NCBI GenBank assembly: GCA_030583845.1
Contig: CP129478.1
Location: 215,175-279,174 of the forward strand
Reading direction: 5' to 3'
From: Candidatus Dojkabacteria bacterium
Lineage (GTDB): Bacteria; Patescibacteriota; Dojkabacteria; SC72; JAHDCA01
Length of the DNA: 64,000 bases
Both the position numbers and the translations under genes were made by a program. The number at the start of each line of letters is the position of its first letter. Within the stretch, counting starts at the first letter, position 1. Below, piece after piece: positions 9,215 through 18,603 of the stretch. The notes beneath the pieces were generated by a model. That model had not been told where the DNA came from. It was given only the letters and a program-made list of their open reading frames with translations, and searched no databases.

Positions 9215-9258
9215 GAATACATCTATGCACTCAAACAATTGAGCGTATAGATGTATTT
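9215..9258. terminator. Bidirectional terminator-like nested hairpin between convergent genes
   Basis: gaatacatcta...tagatgtattt (11-bp stem) enclosing ctcaaacaattgag. It sits between the lipoprotein gene (+) and the MBL-hydrolase gene (-). Confidence 0.45.
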
Positions 9259-9286
9259 CCTACAATCATGAAAACCAACCGGCAAA

Positions 9287-9934
9287 CTACCCCAACACAA
9301 TCACCTCAACCGCCTTCTCCTCTCCCCCACCCTTCACAACCTTCAAGCTCTTCTCATTCTTCACATGTGTATAGCCAAAATGCTTCACAAAATCATCCAC
9401 ACTCTTCAAGCTATCATACGGTGCTTTCAAGCCATCCACCTTGTAGGCTGATGGCACAAGATATGTAGGGTCAACATAGTTGATTATCTTCTCAATCTTA
9501 TCGTACGAAATAAGCGTTTCACCATCTCCGATTGGCAAGATCAATACATCTACATCACCCTCAATCTTCTTAAACTGGTCTACGTCGATGCTGTTGTCGC
9601 GCGCGCCGATATAGACCAAGCGCAGATCTTTGCGGGCCAATATATATGTATTTGTACCTTCAAAGCGCCTTACCAGTACACCACCCAGCTCGTAGTCGCC
9701 AGGGTTATTGATCTCAAAAATATTCTCGCGGTTGCTTGGGCTGATCTTTTTAAAGCCTGCTTCTGCTAAGATATTCTCTTTCCCGAGGTTCTCGTCGCCG
9801 GTGATCAGTACTGCATCGCCCGTGGTTGAGCCAATTTTTAGACCGGCTGCTTCTGTGCGGAGCGGATCTGTAATAAAGTCGACCTCTCTGAACGAGATCT
9901 TAAATGATGTGAATCCTAGTGATTTGATCGTCAT
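9287..9934 (-). CDS. MBL-fold metal-dependent hydrolase (UPF0173/YtkL-like)
   Basis: MTIKSLGFTSFKISFREVDFITDPL...DAVLITGDE matches the small beta-lactamase-fold hydrolase family that begins MKITWLGHS..ILIDP. Confidence 0.55.
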   Translation of the reverse strand: MTIKSLGFTSFKISFREVDFITDPLRTEAAGLKIGSTTGDAVLITGDENLGKENILAEAGFKKISPSNRENIFEINNPGDYELGGVLVRRFEGTNTYILARKDLRLVYIGARDNSIDVDQFKKIEGDVDVLILPIGDGETLISYDKIEKIINYVDPTYLVPSAYKVDGLKAPYDSLKSVDDFVKHFGYTHVKNEKSLKVVKGGGEEKAVEVIVLG

Positions 9935-10014
9935 TGTATTGTCTTTCTAGCAAGTAATTTATCTTCCGACCAACCCTTAATTCATCATTCGTAGCTTTAG
10001 CGAAGAATGATAAG

Positions 10015-10839
10015 TTAGCGAGATGCCCTTTTGGCGATTAAATTTATGGTCGGTTCATCCGGCACAGCAGTTATAACAAGTCGATTGGCGGCTGTCCAGA
10101 GCGGAGTGCAGGTGTATAGCGTCAAAATCGGCTCACTGCTGCTATCCTCAACCTCTACTGCACTTGGCCTTACGACCTTACTATCCTTAGCGATATATCT
10201 ATACCTATCACCCTTCCAATACACGATTATCTCATCGCCTGCCTGCACCTTGTCGAGATGATAGAAAGATCGCCCACCATCCAGATAGCTAAATCTATGT
10301 GCAGTAAGAATTGTGTTGCTGCCTTTGTTCGGTGTACTACCATTTGGACGGATCCACGCTCCTTTGTCGAGCGCCTTGTCAGTTGTGCCCTCTACTATGT
10401 CCATGTCTACGCCGATTGATGGGATAAGGACTATGTCATCTTTATAGTAGTCGCTCTGCTGATTTTTTCCTTTGAGCGAGAGCTGGTAATCTCTTCCCTG
10501 CTCTTCTCCTCCGTCGTCGTTGGCGCGGTTGTCGTACTCTTTGCCTGTCAGGCTGTTGAGGTAGTAGTTGAGTGATGGTGCGAGTGGTGCAAGTATGAGG
10601 TAAAGCGAGATAATCACGATGAGCGCAAGCGCGATGTTTGTGAGTGTTCCTTTATGGCGTATGGAGAAACTTGGTGCCTTAATCCGAGGCATATCGAAGC
10701 TTGGTTTTCGCATGTTGAAACGCCTATCTTTTGACTTGGATAGTGCTGCTACCCTAGCGCTACTTACACCTGTGCTTATTGAGCTGTTGATTAAATTACG
10801 ATTCTCCATATATTTCATTGCAATTCTAGCACAAATCAA
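10015..10839 (-). CDS. Sortase family transpeptidase
   Basis: TM anchor present. The catalytic His region is ILTAHRFSY and the TLxTC motif is LTLYTCTP. Confidence 0.75.
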   Translation of the reverse strand: MICARIAMKYMENRNLINSSISTGVSSARVAALSKSKDRRFNMRKPSFDMPRIKAPSFSIRHKGTLTNIALALIVIISLYLILAPLAPSLNYYLNSLTGKEYDNRANDDGGEEQGRDYQLSLKGKNQQSDYYKDDIVLIPSIGVDMDIVEGTTDKALDKGAWIRPNGSTPNKGSNTILTAHRFSYLDGGRSFYHLDKVQAGDEIIVYWKGDRYRYIAKDSKVVRPSAVEVEDSSSEPILTLYTCTPLWTAANRLVITAVPDEPTINLIAKRASR

Positions 10840-10897
10840 GGCAGCCCTGAGTAGGCCGTCCCGGGTCAGGGACGCCCTGTTTGGGGCTGAGCCATGC

Positions 10898-11125
10898 TTA
10901 CTTGATCAAGCCGACACTGCTATCGAGAGCCTTGAGGATCTCGGAGCGGATCTGCTGCTTAATAATCTCAAGCTTGGCGCTTTCAAGCGAAGAAATGACT
11001 GCCTGGAGCTGGATCACTACTTTTTGCACATCTTGCTCTTCTTTCACCATATGCTCGACCGCTTTTAGCTGGCCAGATGCACGGCTTAGCCTTTCACTTA
11101 TTGTGGATGGGCCTTTCTTGGGCAT
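10898..11125 (-). CDS. CsoR/RcnR/FrmR-family (DUF156) small helical regulator lacking the canonical Cys/His metal ligands
   Basis: 75 aa. ERLSRASGQLKAVEHMVKEEQDVQKVVIQLQAVISSLESAKLEIIKQQI follows the CsoR-family pattern (RLxRIEGQxRGVxxMVEEDRYCxDxLxQIxAV) but has no Cys. Confidence 0.5.
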   Translation of the reverse strand: MPKKGPSTISERLSRASGQLKAVEHMVKEEQDVQKVVIQLQAVISSLESAKLEIIKQQIRSEILKALDSSVGLIK

Positions 11126-11162
11126 TTATACCAGGGGACAAGGTTATATATCAGCGATCTTA

Positions 11163-11178
11163 ATACCCCGCGGGGTAT
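11163..11178. promoter_or_regulatory. 16-bp perfect palindrome ATACCCCGCGGGGTAT, candidate CsoR-type operator
   Basis: It lies 38 bp upstream of the regulator ATG. On the minus strand it sits in the spacer between a TTGACA and a TAAGAT hexamer. Known CsoR/RcnR operators are G/C-tract palindromes of the TACCC-N-GGGTA type. Confidence 0.4.
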
Positions 11179-11280
11179 ATGTCAACTCACTTGCAGACAT
11201 GTGATTTATATATGCAAATATGGAATTTAAACGGATTTATAGATTGCGCATCGCCCTACCCTCTGATATAATCACCCCGT

Positions 11281-11610
11281 ATGAAAAAAGATATCCATCC
11301 AAAATATAGCCACAACGTCAAAGTAACTTGCTCATGCGGCAACACATTTATAACAGGCTCAATCCTTGAGGAGATCAAGACAGAGCTCTGTTCAAATTGC
11401 CATCCTTTCTACACTGGTGAGCAGAAGATTGTTGACACAGAGAACCTCGTTGCCAAATTCGAAGAGAAGCGAGCCAAGGCTAGCACATCATTCCGCTCAA
11501 AGAAGCAGAAAATGGCTGAGCGAAAGAAAAAGCTCACAAAGCTCAACGAGAAATCAGAGGCCTCACAAGGTCTTACACTCAAAGATCTTCTTGCCGGTTC
11601 AGGCAAATAG
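11281..11610 (+). CDS. rpmE: 50S ribosomal protein L31 (Zn-ribbon form) with a Lys-rich C-terminal extension
   Basis: MKKDIHPKY...CSCGNTF...[10 protein letters not shown]. An extended -10 (TGaTATAAT) lies only 9 nt upstream of the ATG, so the transcript is probably leaderless. Confidence 0.9.
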   Translation: MKKDIHPKYSHNVKVTCSCGNTFITGSILEEIKTELCSNCHPFYTGEQKIVDTENLVAKFEEKRAKASTSFRSKKQKMAERKKKLTKLNEKSEASQGLTLKDLLAGSGK

Positions 11611-11730
11611 TTACACTTCCTTATTGTATGCGGCCATTTAGTTGGTGAATCAAGGGCTTTTGGCATATAATTCAGTGGTTTTAATCTGCCCTACTACGCT
11701 TTAGTAATATTTTAGCTTCATGAAATTTTA

Positions 11731-12825
<1,095 letters not shown>

Positions 12826-12842
12826 ACTTTCATTAGGTTTTA

Positions 12843-13781
12843 ATGAAATCTCACCAGGGCTCCCCTACCCCATATAGATTTAATTCCACACCGGAAGAGC
12901 TTAAGCTGCTGCTCCACGCAAAAAGCGTTCTAGAGTCTAAACATTATCTCGACACTGATCGAATTGCTCGTGAGATTGTTGAATTTTGCAAGGGCGATGG
13001 ATTAGCGGTTTACGAGACTCTTGACCGCATTAAGCAAGATGAGCCATGGGAGTATATCCAGGGCTGGACATTTTTTTCTGGCCACAAATTTATAGTCAAC
13101 TCTTCTGTCTTAATCCCTCGGCCCGAAAGTGAGCAGCTAGTTGAGCTGATGTTTAATGAAGTTAAAAATTTCATTAAACCCGCCAGGGAGAAAGGCAGAA
13201 TAAACATTATAGATATAGGTACAGGCAGCGGCTGCATAATCACCTCCATTTTCATTAAACTGAGACAGGAACTTCCTCAAGAGCAGTTTAATGAACTTAA
13301 CTTTTATGCGATCGACATTAGCGAAGATGCTCTAGAGGTAGCAAAAAGCAACGCTGCGCTTAATGAAATAGCTAGAGATAGCATTACTTTTATCCACTCG
13401 GATCTGCTTAGCCGAGCAACAAGCATTGACTTCACCCTACCAACATTTATTGTAAGCAACCCGCCATATGTGACCAGCGCTGAGTTTGAGGAGGCAGACA
13501 AGTCAGTGACCCAGTACGAGCCAAAGATAGCGCTCGTCGCTGATGAGGAAGGTCTACAATTTTACCGAAGAATAGTTAATGAAATTAATGAAAAGTCTAT
13601 CAAAATTATATCGGTAATATTTGAGACATCCCCATCAGTCGTAGATGGTATCCTTAATCTACTGCTCAAGACAGATCTAAGCGGTGAGTCTGTAAAAGAT
13701 ATCTACGAAAAAGAGCGATTTGTCGTCGCAAGAAATAGATCTACTCAACCCGTTGGCCCTATACCCTCACCAGTAGATTAA
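12843..13781 (+). CDS. prmC: Release-factor glutamine N5-methyltransferase PrmC/HemK
   Basis: NPPY motif (VSNPPYV) and an SAM-binding DIGTGSGCI. It is immediately downstream of prfA. Confidence 0.85.
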   Translation: MKSHQGSPTPYRFNSTPEELKLLLHAKSVLESKHYLDTDRIAREIVEFCKGDGLAVYETLDRIKQDEPWEYIQGWTFFSGHKFIVNSSVLIPRPESEQLVELMFNEVKNFIKPAREKGRINIIDIGTGSGCIITSIFIKLRQELPQEQFNELNFYAIDISEDALEVAKSNAALNEIARDSITFIHSDLLSRATSIDFTLPTFIVSNPPYVTSAEFEEADKSVTQYEPKIALVADEEGLQFYRRIVNEINEKSIKIISVIFETSPSVVDGILNLLLKTDLSGESVKDIYEKERFVVARNRSTQPVGPIPSPVD

Positions 13782-13828
13782 ATCATGAAAACTGACAACT
13801 CCTGCACCAATCTGTTATCATTTCACAT

Positions 13829-15280
13829 ATGCAAACTGTAAGCTTCATAATACTGACAACCCTCTTCCTAACGATTGTTGTTGGCTCGCTTCCTACAATC
13901 TATCAATTCCAGACACAAGACCATATGCTTTATCGCATCCTCAGAAGGGGTGATAATCGTCTCGGCCTGATCCCGTTTAAGCTCCCTGCAAAGAGCACGC
14001 ACAACCTGATCATCTTTGGATTAGCAGGCCTTGCAAATCTCGCGACATATCTATTCTTGCTGCAAAATGAAGCCATAGATAGCTATCTCCATCTTGCAGC
14101 AATTACTATTGTCTGGGCACTACTTGGCAAGCTCTATCTCCTACTTGCTTTAGTTGCAAGTAATTTTATAGCGAATATAAAGCGCAGCAAGCAGATTGCT
14201 TCAGCAAGGCAGAGGTTAGCTCAATTTCCGGATTTACAGGTGATCGGAATCACAGGATCGTATGGCAAGACTTCTGTGAAAGAAAATATCGCGCAGATAC
14301 TCGCGACAAAATTTAAAGTCGCTAAAACTCCCAGCAACAATAACACCCTTCTAGGACATGCACTAGCCATACTTCACCAGCTCAAAAGTGACGACCGGTA
14401 CTTAGTCGCCGAGTATGGTGCTTATCGAAAAGGCGAGATCAAAGAGATGGTCGAGCTCTTACCACCCAAATTCGCCGTACTGACCGGCTTGGGCAATCAA
14501 CACCTAGAGCTTTTTGGCTCGCAAAGGAACCTAATCGAGGCCAAATCAGAGCTATTCCAGAAGCTACCTGAGGATGGAGTCGCATATCTTAACTGTGACA
14601 CGGCTCACTACTCGGAAATCCTACCCCTGATTAAAGGGAGAAAGATCACCTACTCTCTCGAAGATCGCTCGGCAGATCTATATGCTAGTGAGATTGTTGT
14701 CGATATAAAAACCAAATCTTCATTTAAGGTCGAATATAAAGGGAATCATTATGAATTTGAATGCGAGGTGTTGGGCAAGCATAATATCTTAAATCTTTTA
14801 CCTGCAATTGCGATTGCTCTCGACTTAGGAATGAGCCAGAGTGAGATTCAAGATGGACTTAATGCCCTAACCGCACCGAAAGAGAGATTAAATCTGGTTG
14901 ATTTAGGCAGTATAAAACTGCTTGATGATAGCTACAATTCCAGCTTTGAGGGCTTCTTGGCAGCACTAGATGTAATGCAGCAAATAGGTGGCGACCTACA
15001 CATTGTATCGCGAGGGCTACTAGAGCTCAGTGGAGATAAAGAGGAAATATATGCAAAACTCACAGCCCAGATAAACAAAACTGGTGCGACATTGTGGACC
15101 ACTGACTCATTCTTCTTTAAGTATGAGCTGCAAAACGGAAAGCATTATAATAGTGAGGAGAAGCTGTATGATGAGCTAAGCAAGAGCCTCGGCAATCAGA
15201 GCGTCTTGCTCATCGAAGGCAGAGTAAATCCGGCATTAAAAGAGAAATTCTTGAGCCAGTACAGAGCGAAGGCAAATTAA
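13829..15280 (+). CDS. Mur ligase family protein (MurF-like) with an unusual N-terminal multi-TM extension
   Basis: About 130 aa of hydrophobic helices precede the Mur ligase P-loop VIGITGSYGKTS. The central and C-terminal Mur ligase domains follow. Confidence 0.6.
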   Translation: MQTVSFIILTTLFLTIVVGSLPTIYQFQTQDHMLYRILRRGDNRLGLIPFKLPAKSTHNLIIFGLAGLANLATYLFLLQNEAIDSYLHLAAITIVWALLGKLYLLLALVASNFIANIKRSKQIASARQRLAQFPDLQVIGITGSYGKTSVKENIAQILATKFKVAKTPSNNNTLLGHALAILHQLKSDDRYLVAEYGAYRKGEIKEMVELLPPKFAVLTGLGNQHLELFGSQRNLIEAKSELFQKLPEDGVAYLNCDTAHYSEILPLIKGRKITYSLEDRSADLYASEIVVDIKTKSSFKVEYKGNHYEFECEVLGKHNILNLLPAIAIALDLGMSQSEIQDGLNALTAPKERLNLVDLGSIKLLDDSYNSSFEGFLAALDVMQQIGGDLHIVSRGLLELSGDKEEIYAKLTAQINKTGATLWTTDSFFFKYELQNGKHYNSEEKLYDELSKSLGNQSVLLIEGRVNPALKEKFLSQYRAKAN

Positions 15281-15309
15281 GAAGATAAATTAATCTGGAG
15301 CGACAATTC

Positions 15310-16368
15310 ATGGTGCAAGAGATAAATGATGAAGCTAAATATAGACAGCTTTGGGATGAGCTCCAGCTCAGCATCCTCCAATCATGGGAATGGGGAGATC
15401 TAAAGCAACCACTCTGGCAGCCGCTTCGTCTAGTTGTAGACGATTATCCGATCACTGTGCTGCTGAGGAAAGTCCCAGTATTGAGCGGGAATATCGCCTA
15501 TATTCCAAGACCTTTTACAGACCTAGATAGCTCCACTGAGAAACTAAATTCAATCTTGACACAGCTTATCGCATTTCTAGGCAGTGAGAACTCAAGTAAG
15601 CATAAGCTGGTCCACCTAATGATCGACCCGGAGCTGTATTCAGAAGAGTCACAGAGAATTTTCAACGAGCTTGGCTTCAAGCTAAGCGAGCCAGTCCAGG
15701 CACGGTGCACCAACCTTCTCAGCCTTGAGCCGAGCGAGGAAGAGCTCCTACTCGGTGTCAGAGAATCGAGCAGGCGCAACATTAAAAAAGCCGTTAAATC
15801 AGGTTGCACCGTAGAGACACACACCACGGGCGATGCAATTGAACGATTCTTGAAGGTGATGCACTCTATCAATGTCCGCAACGCATTTGTTAAGCAGCAA
15901 GATCCATATTTCAGAAAATTGTGGGAGATCTCAGACGGTAAGCTATTTAAATTATTTATCGTCACACACCAGGGAAATGATGTAGCTACATGCCTAGTTG
16001 GACATAACAGAGTCAGGCTTTCCGACCTTTATGTAGGCGTCACCGACGCCGGCAAAGCGGTAAACGCCGGACATTTGATGAAGTGGGAAAGCATCTTAGA
16101 TGCAAAACGGAGTGGATACAAAGTGTATGACCATTGGGGTGTCGCGAAGCTACTCAAAACCGAGTATGAAGGCCACCCTACACGTGAGATGTTTGACCCG
16201 AAAGATAAGCTGGCATATCTCTCAGAATTCAAATTCAGCTTCGGCGGTGAGTATATGGAGTACTTAAAACAGCAGCTTTATGTCTTTGACAATTTAAGAT
16301 ACCAATCGTACAAGTTATTGGATAAAGGAAGGGTCGCTGCATTGCAAATAAGCAAACGATTGCGATAA
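15310..16368 (+). CDS. FemAB-family aminoacyl-tRNA-dependent peptidoglycan bridge transferase (GNAT fold)
   Basis: N-terminal SILQSWEWGDLKQ (FemX-like FLQSxEWxxFK). Size 352 aa. A tandem paralogue follows. Confidence 0.6.
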   Translation: MVQEINDEAKYRQLWDELQLSILQSWEWGDLKQPLWQPLRLVVDDYPITVLLRKVPVLSGNIAYIPRPFTDLDSSTEKLNSILTQLIAFLGSENSSKHKLVHLMIDPELYSEESQRIFNELGFKLSEPVQARCTNLLSLEPSEEELLLGVRESSRRNIKKAVKSGCTVETHTTGDAIERFLKVMHSINVRNAFVKQQDPYFRKLWEISDGKLFKLFIVTHQGNDVATCLVGHNRVRLSDLYVGVTDAGKAVNAGHLMKWESILDAKRSGYKVYDHWGVAKLLKTEYEGHPTREMFDPKDKLAYLSEFKFSFGGEYMEYLKQQLYVFDNLRYQSYKLLDKGRVAALQISKRLR

Positions 16369-16392
16369 GTAAAATTTCACACACTACTCGAC

Positions 16393-17409
16393 ATGAGATT
16401 TGAAATAGTTGAAAACGGCGCGCTTTGGGATGAATTTGTGTTACGCCACAAAGAAGCGACTTTCCTTAACTCATGGACATGGAGCCAGTTTGAGAAGACT
16501 CTCGGGCATCAATTCCTGAATTACGGTGTTTACGATAATGATCAGTTGGTAGGTGTGCTACCAATCTCAGTTCTAAAAGCAAAACGAGGTGCCTACTTGC
16601 ACCTAAGACACTCACCAATTCTTGATTGGAGCAATGAGGTGGTCGTGAAAGAGACTATGGAGTTTCTTCGAGGGCTAGCAAAAGAGCATAAGGCACTTTT
16701 TGTAAGAATGAGTCCCCTACTCTCACTATCCGAAGCAAATAACCAGCTCCTCAAAAAGCACGGATTAGTGCCATCTCTCACCCACAACTTCGATGCCGAA
16801 AACACATTGAAAATCGATATCACGAAATCAGAAGAGGAGCTCCTGATGGAGATGAGAAAAAATACTCGTTACTCTATCAGACAAGCTCAGAAGCAGGGCG
16901 TCATAGTTGAGATCTACGACGATCTTCAGCATTTCGATCTCTTTTGGGAGATCTTCATCGATGGAGTCAAAAGGAATCATTGGGTTGCTTTCTCCAAAGA
17001 GTATGTGAAAACTGAGCTAGAGGTGTTTCTGAAGCAAGACCAGGCAAGGCTATTTATCTCATACTTGGACGGCAAGGCTATCTCAGCTGCTATCTTCATT
17101 TTCTTTAACGGCAAAGTCGCCTACCACCATAGCGGCTCACTTTCAGAGTATCGCAATGTCCCTTCAACCTACCTACTCATTTGGGAGGTGATCAGATATG
17201 CAAAATCCCGCGATTTCAAGCTGTGTGACCTGTGGGGAGTCTCTCCTGCCGATCAGCCCAACCATCCATGGTACGGCCTATCACTGTTCAAGCGCGGATT
17301 TGGTGGCTTCCAAGTGGATATGGTGCACGCACACGACCTGATTGTAAGCCCACTTGCCCACCTGACGAGGTATTACGAGATGTATGAAAAGAAGAGGCGC
17401 GGTCATTAG
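16393..17409 (+). CDS. FemAB-family peptidoglycan bridge transferase (second copy)
   Basis: FLNSWTWSQFEKTLG N-terminal motif. Size 338 aa. Confidence 0.6.
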   Translation: MRFEIVENGALWDEFVLRHKEATFLNSWTWSQFEKTLGHQFLNYGVYDNDQLVGVLPISVLKAKRGAYLHLRHSPILDWSNEVVVKETMEFLRGLAKEHKALFVRMSPLLSLSEANNQLLKKHGLVPSLTHNFDAENTLKIDITKSEEELLMEMRKNTRYSIRQAQKQGVIVEIYDDLQHFDLFWEIFIDGVKRNHWVAFSKEYVKTELEVFLKQDQARLFISYLDGKAISAAIFIFFNGKVAYHHSGSLSEYRNVPSTYLLIWEVIRYAKSRDFKLCDLWGVSPADQPNHPWYGLSLFKRGFGGFQVDMVHAHDLIVSPLAHLTRYYEMYEKKRRGH

Positions 17410-17514
17410 CCTCTATTCTATTCACCACACGAAGCATTTCCTAACCGCCGAGAATTATACCCTGATGAAAACTTCTGATAGAGATGAGAGTGCGTTCTCC
17501 CAGAACTCGAATCT

Positions 17515-18507
17515 TTACTCAGAAGTTTTCCCGCCCTTAGCATTCACCTCATAGTTGGTGTTGATAGTCTCAAAGAAGTTCACCAGCTCCAAAGTATCTG
17601 AGGCTGTAGCCATCCATTTTGCAGGATTTGTTACCCCATATTCTGGTTCCAGACCGAGCTCTTCAAGCCTGCGGTCAGCTACATACTTAATGTAGCGCGA
17701 GATATATTCGGCGTTTAAGCCAATTATGCCATTAGGGATAAGCTCTTTGTTGTACTGCTCTTCCAGCTCCACAGCATGTGTGATCATCCCGCGGACATCC
17801 TTGATGAACTGATCGGTAATAATTTCTGGATGCTCATCTAATATTTCTAGTATCAGATAGATGCCGAACTTCAGGTGCAAGCTCTCGTCACGCAATGTCC
17901 ACGCAATCAGTGATCCAAAATTCCTTAACAGATTTCGCTGGCGGAAGCTCAACGCGAACAGGAAGCCTCCATAGAACCAGATCCCCTCGGTAATAATGTT
18001 TGTAGCGATGATATTCTTAACAAACTCTTGAATTCCCGCTACCGATTCAATATCTATATCACCATTTCTCAAGGCGTCGACATGCTTCAGCAGATACTCT
18101 TCTTTCGCTTTTAATGTTGGTACATTTGCGTGCGAGCCGAATGCGCGCTTACGATCGATTGGGAATGTCTGCATAATATACTCAAAGCAGAGCGAGTGAT
18201 TAACTTCTTCCCACATCTGACGAGTCAGATACATGATCACCTCAGGAGCTGATAGAAATGGCATCATTCCTCGTGTGATTGACTGATTTACTCGGAACTC
18301 TCCTGGGTTAAAAAAGCCTAGAAATAGCTCAAAAGCCTCTTTTTCTTCGTCTGTCATCTTCTTCCAGTCGGCGAGGTCTTCCATGAGTGGGACCTCGTGT
18401 GGGAACCAAGTGTTTGCAATACCTTGCTGCACAAGGTCGTATGCCCACTGGTATTTAATCTTATCCAGCTGCGGATCATCTGTTAACTTTAACTTTTTTA
18501 ATATCAT
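17515..18507 (-). CDS. nrdB: Ribonucleotide reductase class Ia small subunit (R2)
   Basis: Ferritin-like di-iron radical protein. The C-terminal tail matches the R1-binding region. It is adjacent to nrdA. Confidence 0.9.
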   Translation of the reverse strand: MILKKLKLTDDPQLDKIKYQWAYDLVQQGIANTWFPHEVPLMEDLADWKKMTDEEKEAFELFLGFFNPGEFRVNQSITRGMMPFLSAPEVIMYLTRQMWEEVNHSLCFEYIMQTFPIDRKRAFGSHANVPTLKAKEEYLLKHVDALRNGDIDIESVAGIQEFVKNIIATNIITEGIWFYGGFLFALSFRQRNLLRNFGSLIAWTLRDESLHLKFGIYLILEILDEHPEIITDQFIKDVRGMITHAVELEEQYNKELIPNGIIGLNAEYISRYIKYVADRRLEELGLEPEYGVTNPAKWMATASDTLELVNFFETINTNYEVNAKGGKTSE

Positions 18508-18529
18508 TTTTATTTTTACTAAATTTACC

Positions 18530-18578
18530 CCTAGCCGCTAACTTATAGCGAGTGTCTCACTATAAGTTAGCGGCTAGG
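18530..18578. repeat. 49-bp perfect palindrome of the GCCGCTAACYTATAG family, between the nrdA stop and the nrdB start
   Basis: cctagccgctaacttatag - cgagtgtctca - ctataagttagcggctagg. The arms are 19 bp and the loop 11 nt. Confidence 0.85.
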
Positions 18579-18603
18579 CAATTATACCTTAAAACTCCTT
18601 ACC

